A stretch of 63,844 nucleotides of DNA, counting the filler, from Psammoneis japonica (lineage: Eukaryota), in assembly GCA_008632985.1 (NCBI GenBank). It is 5 parts of 5 records of this genome, joined end to end, with 100 filler letters (N's around TTAATTAATTAA, not from the genome) between each part and the next. Parts side by side here need not be neighbours in the genome. Positions count along the whole stretch, not along the records: positions 1 to 13,983 come from QPGO01000547.1; 4 more parts are not named here. The stretch is one strand, 5' to 3'. The notes beneath the pieces are model-generated. The model did no database searches. It was not told where the DNA came from and was given only the letters and a program-made list of their open reading frames with translations. This document shows positions 1-11,260 of the stretch, in pieces (positions within the stretch are counted from its first letter, which is position 1; every line of letters begins with the position of its first letter). The translations under genes were made by a program, and so were the position numbers.

Positions 1-614
1 TGAAACTGTCACACTTGCATCTGAGATTCTTCATCCTCACACACCCTCAAAACCGAGCACATGACGATTCTCTTGTCGGCGGCGAAATCTGATGTTGTCG
101 CGCGACCCAAAAGCGCAGTCCATGACGACTCAAAGTGCGGGCGACACATCACAAGAATCACAGCAACGTGTCACAGAAACACTCTTCGTTGTCAGCATCC
201 GGTGTCAAGTGGATGGAGCAGCGCGTTGATGAGAGCCCCACTTCGCAAGCTGAGGAAGAGAGAAAGAGGCATCAAAAACATCATGAGTCAAAAGGCTGCC
301 CACAAGGCACAACAAAAAACAAAGATCAAATTTTCAACCACGCCGTCGCGTTGGGCGTTGTCTCATTGACCTGTCTCGGCATTCTTGCCTTCTCAGCCAC
401 AACACCCGAATGGACGAGTTCATGGTGACGGCATGGCGCCATTTTCGGTTTGCGCGAATTGTGGTTTGTGGTTCGAGACATGGAAAAATGTGTTTTCGCT
501 GTCATGGAGCTCGCTTTTTGCTGAGGTTTTTGGTGCCAAATGCACGTCTCATGTAGAAACACGCAGAAAACCTCGTGATGTGTCCAAAAGTTTCTCACCT
601 GGGATGAAAACACA
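1..614 (+). repeat. Dispersed direct repeat, copy A (may extend left of the window)
   Basis: Collinear with 8618-9241 (starts TGAAACTGTCACACTTGCATCTGAGATTCT); differences are mostly transitions. Confidence 0.92.
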
Positions 615-674
615 CCGCAAAACCAAGAATTGCGCAACATGGCTGAGGGCACAAAATCTCAAAGGTGCCCCCAG

Positions 675-997
675 CGAAAATGCGAAAATGCGAAAATGCG
701 AAAATGCGAAAATGNNNNNNNNNNNNNNNNNNNNNNNNNNNNNNNNNNNNNNNNNNNNNNNNNNNNNNNNNNNNNNNNNNNNNNNNNNNNNNNNNNNNNN
801 NNNNNNNNNNNNNNNNNNNNNNNNNNNNNNNNNNNNNNNNNNNNNNNNNNNNNNNNNNNNNNNNNNNNNNNNNNNNNNNNNNNNNNNNNNNNNNNNNNNN
901 NNNNNNNNNNNNNNNNNNNNNNNNNNNNNNNNNNNNNNNNNNNNNNNNNNNNGAAAATGCGAAAATGCGAAAATGCGAAAATGCGAAAATGCGAAAA
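675..997 (+). repeat. 8-bp satellite (GAAAATGC)n interrupted by an assembly gap
   Basis: Perfect GAAAATGC units on both sides of the N run. Confidence 0.95.
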
Positions 998-2357
998 TCG
1001 CACAAGATGATGTGACGCACCAAATTCCGTTGAGAGAATCCAGGCTCCAACCTCAGAGATGATCGCATTTTTCAGCTTGGCGAAACGCCATTGTCCGTGT
1101 CATTTTGCGCGCCACTTTGAGCCGCGAGCCAGAAAACACCCCCAAAAACTGTTCTGCAGGGCGGGGTGCGCTGAGCCTGCATGGATTTGGGTTGTTCCAG
1201 GCTGCGCAGAAAGCAGACAGGCCAAAAACTCCGGCGCACCCACTCAAACACATTCGACAGCTGGCTGACAACAGATCGGTTGACTGGCTTCCCAAAACGC
1301 CGCTTGTGTCGCGCCCTTCTCCAGCTGCTCTCCGGCTGGCGCCATGGAGCGCAGCCGCTCAATTTAGATTGTGTCTGCAACGTCATTTGCAACAAACGTG
1401 ACTGCCNNNNNNNNNNNNNNNNNNNNNNNNNNNNNNNNNNNNNNNNNNNNNNNNNNNNNNNNNNNNNNNNNNNNNNNNNNNNNNNNNNNNNNNNNNNCCC
1501 CCCCCCCCCCCCCCCCCACTTTCCTGCCACGCTCTGCCACAGTCTTCCTGCAAAAATCCTCTGGCAGCTGAGGGCACAAATTGGCCAAGGACAGTGCAAA
1601 AGTCACAAAGGCACAAAGGGCACAAAGTGGCCAACGGCAAAAAACCAGGAAGGGCAAAAAAGGCGGCCATTGGCACAAAATCAAAAAGGGCTCAAAGTGG
1701 TTGAGGGCACAAAATCATGAATGGAAAAATGGCGGTGGCAGCGGCAGCAGTTGTGTCACCCTTGTGGCTCAAGTTGTTGTCACAGTTGCCCTCACGTTGT
1801 CGTTGTTGCATTTTGCAAAAAAGCCAAGATGCGGCGCACGAGGGGACAAATCGGTGAAGTCCGTCTCTGCGCCATGGGGAAGCCCATTTGTCCCCCATGA
1901 TGCGCTCATCCTCGGCTCTGCACGTTGGGGGTCACAGCATGTTGGGTGAGCATGTCAACCTCTCTCCCCCAACACACCATTCCCGCGCCATGCACGCTTT
2001 TGTTGACACGCCACAGAAGCCATTTTGCTTGACCTGGTTTCATCACAAGTGTTCTTCAATCCACAGCTGCAGGTGATGTCTCTTTTGTTGCTGATGTGTC
2101 CGCTCCACGTCAGCTCCATTTTTGTGGGCGCATGCCTCCTCGTCTCCTTCCCTTGTGTTGCCGTCCACACCGCCGGCGCTGCACTCCATTCTGCCCAAAC
2201 ACACGTGTTGTTTGAAGCAACAAACCCTGCTCTGCTTTCCCAAGGCATTTGCGGCAGTTGCCCCATTGGCTTTGCTCCAGCGCCCCTGCCCCAAACACTT
2301 GCACCACAAATCTTGTTTGATCAGCGCCCTTGCCAGTGGGCTGTGTCCCTTCAGTGC

Positions 2358-2962
2358 ACGGAAATGCGCAAACGCACAAAAGCGCAAATGCACAAATGCG
2401 CAAACGCGTGAATGCAGAAGTGCGAAAGTGCAAAAGTGCGGAAACGCGGAAACGCGAAAATGCGGAAATGTGGAAATGCAAAAATGCGGAAACGCGGAAA
2501 TGCGAAAATGCGGAAGTGCGGAAATGCAAAAATGCGGAAGTGCGGAAATGCGAAAATGCGCGAATGCGTGAGTGCAGAAGTGCGAAAATGCGGAAATGCG
2601 AAAATGCGAAAATGCAAAAATGCAAAAATGCGAAAATGCGGAAATGCGGAAATGCGGAAATGCAAAAATGCAAAAACGCGGAAATGCGAAAATGCGAAAA
2701 TGTGAAAATGCAGAAATGTGGAAATGCGAAAATGCGGAAATGCGGAAATGCGGAAGTGCGGAAAAGCGGAAGTGCGGAGGTGCGGAAATGCGGAAATGTG
2801 GAAATGCAAAAATGCCCAAACGCGGAAATGCGGAAATGCGAAAATGCAGAAATGTGGAAATGTGGAAATGCGGAAATGCAAAAATGCAAAAATGCAAAAT
2901 GCAGAAATGCGGGAATGCAGAAAAACACGAAAACACGGAAATGCGGAAATGCAAAAATGCAA
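2358..2962 (+). repeat. Degenerate 8-bp satellite of the same family
   Basis: ~600 bp of GAAAATGC/GGAAATGC/GAAACGCG/CAAAAATG variants; gives spurious (K/R)CGNAEM ORFs. Confidence 0.93.
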
Positions 2963-3189
2963 AAAGGGTCAGGCTTGGGTTTGGGGTTGGGGTTTGTTTC
3001 TGAATCTTTGGCACATGACATCTTGTCTGTCACACGACAATGTTTTTTGTGCGCTGGTTTCACAAAATGCAAAAAGGGTCAGGCTTGGGTTTGGGGTTGG
3101 GGTTTGTTTCTGAATCTTTGGCACATGACATCTTGTCTGTCAACATGACAATGTTTTTTGTGCGCTGGTTTCACGACAAGGTGTTGTGT

Positions 3190-3680
3190 TCAGCAAATGT
3201 CCATCAAAGTGCTGTGGCGGTGTTTCAAGCTCAAGACAAAATTGGTTGGAGACAGATTTTCAACGGGCGCTTCTCATCTTTGTGGAACAAAGCTCAGCCA
3301 TCATGCTCGCTGTCAACTGGATTGTGCCACTCCTTGTTGAACATGGAAAAGCACTCAGATTGGGCCGCTGCGATTGGCAGTTTTGTGTGGCCCCAATGGC
3401 GGGAACACTCCATGATGACACCGCACATGGGCACAATTTGGGCACAAGAAAGTCCTCACAGCACTGTGATGCCAAGGCAGGAGCATGAGCCATCCACTCC
3501 AAGGCAGACAATTGCTCAGCTTGCAGTTGATCCGAGTTGCTCAGTTCAGCGGAGGAGCACCTCACTTGTTCGACCCACAGACTGTGCAGCTGGTTGGCCA
3601 TGGCTCAACCAATGTTCAAGCCAAGCATTCGTGAAGCCTGGCGTCTGGCAGTGAGGGGCACTGGCACCATTGCAATGAGC
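3190..3680 (+). mobile_element. 3' fragment of a non-LTR (LINE-like) retrotransposon ORF, decayed
   Basis: QDKIGWRQIFNGRFSSLW...DWAAAIGSFVWPQW...EEHLTCSTHRLCSWLAMAQPMFKPSIREA aligns by eye to the C-terminus of the element at 54.6-55.1 kb. Confidence 0.75.
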
Positions 3681-4213
3681 AATTCACGCCGCAGTCTCTG
3701 GGAATTTGACAAGATGCGACAGAAAATGTTGGCGCGGCAATCAACAGGTTCCAGAAAATTGCAAGGTTGGTCTTCGCCAAATGCCACATTCAGCGACAGT
3801 GTGGCTGCATTCACTCAGTCCCCTCGAATGGACGCCAGCTTCGGCAGCATCAACTCGACCCTGTGCATCCGTGTTGCCGGCCCTTTCCAGGCCAGCTGAA
3901 AAAAACCATGTCTCGGGGTGGGCAAAACCATCTCCATTTTGGAAACGGAAAATCCCGGTTCGTCTGCAAGACGAAGCAATCAGCGGCGCCACAACTGCAC
4001 TGGGCTCGGGTGTTTTGCCCACCACTGGAATCACGCTCCTCACAAAATGTGACAAATTGACTCCCGGAGCCTCGGTCCGGGCATCAACTTGGCAAGAACG
4101 TCAGCGAGATTCATCTCGCCATCCTCCCAAGCAATGCGCACAATGCCAGCAGCCTGCACCTCACGCACCCGGTGACAAGCAATGGCGCTGTGCTTCTTTT
4201 TGAGTGTCGACTC

Positions 4214-4352
4214 GGGCTGGGGTTGGGGCTGGGGTTGGGGCTGGGGCTGGGTTGGGGTTTGGGGTTGGGGTCAGGGTTGGGGCTGGGGTTGGGGTCAGGG
4301 CTGGGGTTGGGGTTGGCGCTGGGGTTGGGATCAGGGTTGGGATTGGGGTCAG
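4214..4352 (+). repeat. Interstitial telomere-like array derived from (TTAGGG)n, every unit lacking TA
   Basis: 6-bp periodic array of TTGGGG, TCAGGG and CTGGGG units with no TTAGGG left. Short relatives lie near 2965, 3075, 11293 and 13960. Confidence 0.8.
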
Positions 4353-4696
4353 CACACACGTCTTTTTGGCTCGGTTTTGGGTCAGGGCAAGAGTCTGTGC
4401 ATCGTCCGTCAATGTTTTTGACCACAAAATGGCGACGTGCGATGCACAGACTGCCCGTTTGGGACCTTTGCTGGACCCATTTCGGTTGACGGGTGATGGA
4501 CAGACTGTGCCATTTTGGGACCAACGCTGGACCCATTTCGACCTGCAACTGGAGCTGCCAATGATTTTTGGGATTGGGTGCCAGTTTGCTGTCCACAACT
4601 GCAGTGTCATTTTGGCAAGTCAGCTGAAACACTGGGTGCACAAACACAGACGAATTTCAACATGAGCGGCGATTGTGGTTTCACACAATTGATGTT

Positions 4697-7600
4697 TCAG
4701 CCCGTCTTTCTCTTGCTCTGATTTCTCGCAGAGGAACGGGGCGTGTTCGCAACGACCCTCCTCGTTTTTTTTGACTTTGGTGGAGCAGCAAGGCCCTCTG
4801 TCTTTCTTTTCTTTCCGGAATCTGCTTTTTTCTTCTTGGCTTTGGCTTCCTGTCTCATCTTTTCCAAAAACAGATGACCCTCTGCCCGCTCTTGTGCTGT
4901 GGCAAATGTTTTGATGGTTGTCATTGCTGGGTCCCTTTCCTCCAAGGCAGCGACAGCTGCCTTTTGATTGCTGACGACAGGGAGTTCTGGTGCATCAGAT
5001 CCGTCGCTGACAACGCTCGCTGTTTCAGACTCTTGGTCCTGTTCGATTGCCTTTGGAAATCCTTTTGTGTCTCCATCATTGTTGTGCTCTTTGTTCTGGG
5101 ACAATTCTTTCCACACCTTTCCGCTCTGCTTTGCTTGTTGGCTTTGTCATCACGACCGTTCTTGTGAGAATTTTTTTCTGACGATCTCCCTCCCGTTTTT
5201 GCCTGCTTGCTCTCTTGTTGCCATCACCACGTTTCCCATCATCGTTGTTGCCTGACGACTCTGCATCCTCCTGCTCAACTTCCTCCTGGCTTTTCTCTTC
5301 ATCTTTGCTTCCCTCTTCTGCCTGGCTTTCCTCTCCAGCTTCAGACTGATCACCCTCTGAGGATTCGTGTGAATTCAGAGATGCAACGGGATCCTCAGTG
5401 CTGTCTTGTGATCCCTGCATCTCACCGTCGTCGTCTTGGACTGGAAAGGAGTCATGGTCTTGCACATTTCCAGAAATGTCCTGCCCAGCACAGGGTGAGC
5501 CATTTGGGTCCAGTGCTGGGTCCACATTGTCCAAGTCTTGTTTGTCTGCACAGCGTTTGAAAGGTTTGACGTGAGAAACGAAGACAGTGCCATTTGGGAC
5601 CATGGCTGGCTCCATTTCGCCTTTGCTCACCTGATTGAAATGCTTCGCATGACAATGTCTTCTGTCCCTCTTCAGACTTGCCTTCTTCTGCCTTCTGGCC
5701 ATCACCATGGCCCTTGTTGCACAGATGCAAGGTTGTCTTTTTCCGGCTTGTCGCTGGCTGCATCTTGTGCTGCATCACCATTCGTCGCATCTTCCTGAAT
5801 CTTGGTTCCTTCTGGGACTTTGCATTCATTGTCTTGAAAACTTTCAGAAATGATGCCTTGCTCATGTTCAACCGACTCGGCATTTTCTGCATCATGTTCA
5901 GAATCAACGTGTGAGGTGCAGACTGTGTCATTTTGGGACCATCGCTGGCTCCATTTCGCCCCACTTGCCTGACCGACCAGAAGCTCCTGTCGTTTCATTC
6001 GTCTTGACACTGTCAACTCAGGATTTTCCTGCTGCCTCGCAGCTGATGGCTGAGATTTGGCAGTCTGCTTGGAATCTCCAGTTTTTTGAGAATGATCGAT
6101 GTCCTGGCCTCTGTTGAACCCACCTTTGTTGAGCTCCAAGTGTTCACATCGGGAGGTGTTGAAATGACTCTGGTGGATGAGTGTTGCCTCGATCATTGCA
6201 CACTCTTCCGCTGATTTTGGGTCTTTGTGGGACTCATCAAAGTTGTTGCAGTCGCTGCAACTTTGATCCTCGTCAAACACAAATTTCCCTGCAACCTTGC
6301 CCCACAGTTTCTCTTTTTCTAATTGGGCGACAGTTCGAAACTTGATTTTGGAAGGGTCGGCATCTGAGCAATCAAACTCGTCATCGGTGTTGTGTCCCCT
6401 GTGGTGGATTTCATCCTTCAGCCGCTTTGGAGTCACATTTTTGTTCAGCTGCATGTGAGCAATGGCACAAGCAACAGCGCCACACTGTTTGTTCAACCCA
6501 GTGAATTCTGCCTTCAACTTGTGCGTCGCCTCTTCATTGACATCCGTTGCATCGATGGTCTTTGACAGGCACCTGCCAACCAACTGGCACATGCTCGAAT
6601 TCTTGTTCCACTTGCCAATTGATCATCCGCCAAAAAGGGGTTCGTGTGCCGGCATCGCTTTGGCTGCAGATCTCATGCCTTTTCGTAAATGCTGTTTTCA
6701 ACAAGAACGATGTCCAGCACCAACTCAGACAGGCTGCCACAAACGCTCCTTCCAACCTTGTGCTTTGTGCAAAAGGTGTTTGAATGTAAGGTCTTGATTG
6801 TTTCCTCTGCCACAAGGTTCCCTTTGTTGTCCACAAATTTAGCTTGCCCCTCCTCCTTGTCCATCACGGCGAATCTTCTGACAGAAACACTCAAGCTCTT
6901 TTCCTTGCTCAACCACTCACAGACAAATGCCGCCATTGTGGGAATGTTTGCCATGATGTCTGGGTCAGCCTTGCTTTTTCTCACCAACTCTCTGCATGAC
7001 TTCAAAGTGTCCTTGTCAAACATTGCTGCTTGTGCATCAGCGTCTTCTTGAGGTGGGTTCCCATGGTGAAAAATTGCACACTGTGACATGTGACAAAAAG
7101 TCACGGTCCACACAACTGTCAAGGATTGAAGCCTTGACATTTGTGCCTGTGATGGCAGCAAAAATTGCCTGTGAGAAGGGTGGTCAGGATCGCTGCAATT
7201 TGCGCTCTGACGTTGTTGCACTGGCTGACAAACAGCGCAAATGAGTCACATGTTTCTGGGTCACATGCTGCCTTGCAGCCAAAAGAAGCAATCTTTGCCT
7301 TTAGAGCCACCATGATGCACTGGTCTGCCAAATCAAACTCCGCATCACCATGGACAGTCGGGTCAGGGAGAAATGTTGTCAAAACTGCGCGATGATGTGT
7401 TTGAGCTCTTGAGAGCTCACCCAGCTTGAGACATCATGGCTCCAAGTCACCATGTTTGTCGCGAACTCTTCCTGATGCTGTGTCTGTGACTTGGCTTCGT
7501 CGTTGAATTGCCGTGGCCATCGTGCTTCAGAGGCAACATTCTTGACAAGAAAAAGTGTCTCTGGGACACTGACAGGATTTGATCAAGATTGACCAACTCG

Positions 7601-8197
7601 ACCAAATCCGACCCAACGACTTGAAAAATGCGACACCCAGAATTCGAGCCCAGGTCATCAAGTGACCGGTTGCCAACCAAACCATTCACCGCACAGTTCA
7701 AGTCGAGAGGCTTTTTGAACAAATGCTGCCATGACAGCTGAGAATTGGGTGTGAGACAAGACAGAGTGTTGAACAGCATCAACAGGTTCTAGAACTGTGA
7801 GATGTTGCGCCACTGGGGCCATCAAACAAGCAACAGTGGACCAATCGCCAACAGCAAATGAACTGCCCATGTCCGTGACAGCATGTCAGCATTCATTCAA
7901 CTCAGTCCATTCGACTTGCACGTCCCAGCCTTTGGTTGATGTGTTTTCATCCCAGGTGAGAAACGCGCACACGGAGGTGAGACGTTTCGTCTGTCCCTTT
8001 TCCGTCGCCGTGCTTTTTGTGCGAGCAAATCTGACTGGACTTTCCCCTGATTTTTCGTTTCTTCTTTCCACAGACATGTTTATTTTGAAAAGCCAGCCAT
8101 TGTTCTCATTGGTTGAAGGGTGCGTGCAAGAAAAGCGCTGTCTCAAAAGCGGCATTTTTTGGAGTGAAGCTGACAGCCATCTGCTCGTTGTTGTCAT
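4697..8197 (-). pseudogene. Decayed large ORF of unknown (probably TE) origin
   Basis: Chain of overlapping minus-strand ORFs (7886-8197, 6673-7221, 5702-6592, 5076-5708, 4697-5116) ending in an acidic then basic tail; no family motif recognised. Confidence 0.4.
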
Positions 8198-8617
8198 TTG
8201 AGAGACTGTCCCACTGTTTCTTTCACCGAATCTGACTGCTTTGAAAGAATGTGTGCATCATTCATTGTGTAAAGAGCTCATGCCAAAAAAGAACGGCGTT
8301 CTAACTCTGTTGTTTGCATGAGAAAAATCGGGGGAACTGACTTCGCACGTGATTTTTTGCGCGATCGGCCATTTCAAAGATCGACTGATTTGTCGACCTG
8401 TGTGGGACACTTGAGTGAACAAAACAACAGGATTGAAACAGTGGCATCAAAGTTCAATGTGTGTCCAGTTGTCATGTGATTTGACATGCCTGGGCAGAGT
8501 TGAAGATGAAATGTTGACAAAATTTCACCACTCAAAATGACTGGTTCTATCTTAGAATAAAACAAAATGGCTGCAACACTGGGACATCGCTGATGGCATT
8601 GTTCTGCTTTACAATGA

Positions 8618-9241
8618 TGAAACTGTCACACTTGCATCTGAGATTCTTTGTCCTCACACACCCTCAAAACCGAACACATGACGATTCTCTTGTCGGTGGC
8701 GAAATCTGATGTTGTCGCGCAACCCAAAAGCGTCGTCCATGACGACTCAAAGTGCGGACGATGCATTGTGAGAATCACAGCAACGTGTCATAGAAACACT
8801 CTTCATTGTCAGCATCTGGTGTCAAGCAGATGGAGCAGCACGTTGATGAGAATCCCACTTCGCAAGCTGAGGAAGAGAGAAAGAGGCATCAAAAATGTCA
8901 TGAGCAAAAAGGCTGTCCACAAGGCACAACAAAAAACAAAGATCAAATTTTCAACCACATCATCGCATTGAGCGTTGTCTTGTTGACCTGTCTCGGCATT
9001 CTTGCCTTCTCAGTCACAACATCCGTTGGTGCAAGAATGGACGAGTTCATGGTGACGGCATGGTGCCATTTTCGGTTTGTGCAAATTGTGGTTTGTGGTT
9101 CGAGACATGGAAAAACATGTTTTTGCTGTCATGGAGCTCGTTTTTTACTAAGATTTTTGGCACCAAATGTGCGCATCATGTAGAAACATGTAGAAAACCT
9201 CGTGATGTGTCCAAAAGTTTCTCACCCAGGATGAAAACACA
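8618..9241 (+). repeat. Dispersed direct repeat, copy B (less mutated)
   Basis: Matches 1-614 and keeps TA at 8791, 9146, 9149 and 9191 where copy A has CA/TG. Confidence 0.92.
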
Positions 9242-9319
9242 TCGGTCGTCCTCCCAGGAGCACGCCTGCCAGTCTCAGTCGTCATGTGCCCGTCATCGGC
9301 CGTTGCGGCATGGGCATCA

Positions 9320-11260
9320 CATCGGTGATTGACTGTTTGGTCAGGGAATTCCACGTCGTGTGTCCTCAAGTCTAGGACAGGGTCGTTGTTCCCAGTGCCA
9401 ACAGGAACCCCGTCACCATCTCGCTTGCGTGCAATGACCCTAGCATGAGTCAGCTTGCCTCCTCGTGGTGACATGACTTGAGCTGTGAGACATTCATCTG
9501 GCCCTTCCGGGGCACACTCATCAGCTTCCAGTTTGGAAGCGTTGGGTTCCGCGGGTTCAACAGCATTGTCCCATTCGTCCATGAAGTCGTCAGGGAGTTC
9601 AGGGAAGTCAGCACTGGCACCCTTTTCTGGAATGCTGAGCCGTTCGATCAAAGCTTGATTGACCGATGCAAGATCCATCTGGATCGCCGGAGTTTTAAGG
9701 TCATCCTCCGGCACTGCCCATGCATCCTTCCAAATGATGGGTTTGCCTGATTCTGGCAAAACAATGAGTGCCACATTGTCAGCGCAGTTGTCAGCTGCTC
9801 CAAGCCAACGGCCGGTGCACTTCTTTTCGTGTGGGAGCTCCGCCACAGGCACGCAGCGACAAACAGGTTGACACCAATCAAAGAGAGAGAGGGAAGAGAT
9901 GTCGGGTGTCGAACCTGTCACCTCCTCTTCTGGGACTTGTCCTCCCATGTCCAATGTGCTGGCCACAATCATGCGTCGGACATCACACATCCATTTGGCG
10001 CCACAGGACCAAAGTCGCCTGTGAGCGCCAGCCCGGCATAGAGTCACACGGACTCTTTTCTTCAACTCACGAATGGATGCCTCGGCTGGGTTCTGCCAGG
10101 GGCTGCAAGGGGTGGACACCTCCTGGTGTGTCCTGCATTCCTTGCAGATCTCTTTGGTCTGGCCTTCCGCCATTTCCGGCGTGCCATCCGACACAAGGAC
10201 CTGTGGTGCACCAACGTCATGCACAAATGACGTGACAGCATCCGGGTGGTCCTGTTTCCTCTTCCAAGGATGGAACCCATCACACCCTCTTCCGTTGGCA
10301 AATGCGCTTCCTCCTGTCTCACCATGTGTCGATTTGACCTTCAAAAACATCTGGCTGGAGCAGAGTCATCCCTTGATCGCAGGGAACTTGAGCCAAGGGG
10401 CTTTCTTCCGGACTTTCCGTTCGGATGGTGTGCAGAAATTGCGGACCCCTGCCTGGTTCGTCACCCCAAGGGTGTTCTCAGCGGCCGCAAGGCCAGTGTT
10501 CCACCTTTTAGAGAGCATCTCCGGCATGACAGTCGACGCACGACTCAAGGTCGACAGTGCATGCACCCGTCTCCGCTCGGCACAATCCGGGTGGACATCC
10601 AGGTCACGTCAGTCATGTGGCCCGTCTCCCTCAGTGTCGCTGTGGGAGACATTCACCTGAGCAACCAGGCGGCGACACAGTGGGTCGTCATCATCAGCAT
10701 CCACAATGACGCTCTCGTTGTGACAGGCCGTTGTGTGTGAATGAATGGAAGCGACACACCTGGTCGCACTCGTCATCGTCGACCATCCATCCGACTTTGC
10801 TGATCCTTGGCGCACACTGGCGCACACACGCGCTTCCTCCTTTTGCGCCATGGCATCAGCAGAAGGCTCCCATCTCAGGGGCGATGCAAGTTCCAGCCGG
10901 GGGAGGTTCTCCAGATCCTCCTTTGTTGGCTTGTGTGAATCAAAGACTGAAGCAACACCTCTCATTCGCAGCGGCACCCTGATCTTCGAGTCAGGAAAAG
11001 AGACAGAGTGCGCGCCAGTCGGGTCAAACTGGCGAGGGGCATCGTGGACAATCAGCCCAATTTTCTCACAGTTGGTTGGGGCACAGGAGGGTGTTGGTCA
11101 CCTTGTCCCCGAGAAACACAGCCTCGTGGACTGGCAGCAGGCACGGTTGTCCATCAGTTGGATCAGCCCACACGGCAGCAGCCACGCAAACAGGAACATT
11201 TTCCATTGGTGCGTGCTCTTCGGAGCAGGGGTGAACCATGACAGTTCTGTCAACGTCAGA
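9320..11260 (-). mobile_element. Ty1/Copia LTR retrotransposon pol fragment (diatom CoDi-like), including integrase; hypermutated
   Basis: Integrase core DVGAPQVLVSDG...STPCSPWQNPAEASIRELKKR; downstream ARVIARKRDGDGVPVGTGNNDPVLDLRTHDVEFPD; upstream HPCSEEHAPMENVPV...LLCPNQL and PLRMRGVASVFDSHKPT, resembling CoDi pol motifs as I recall them. Confidence 0.85.

Noticed and set aside
1498..1517. Poly-C tract (and poly-G near 45542-45566)
   Set aside because: Both abut N gaps, so their length and significance cannot be judged.
2043..3148. Long ORFs of (K/R)CGNAEM or FSHFRI repeats
   Set aside because: They are translations of the stop-free 8-bp satellite, open in several frames on both strands.
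1..9241. Repeats 1-614 and 8618-9241 as paired LTRs
   Set aside because: No gag/pol was recognised between them, the left end of copy A is outside the window, and no PBS, PPT or target-site duplication was found.
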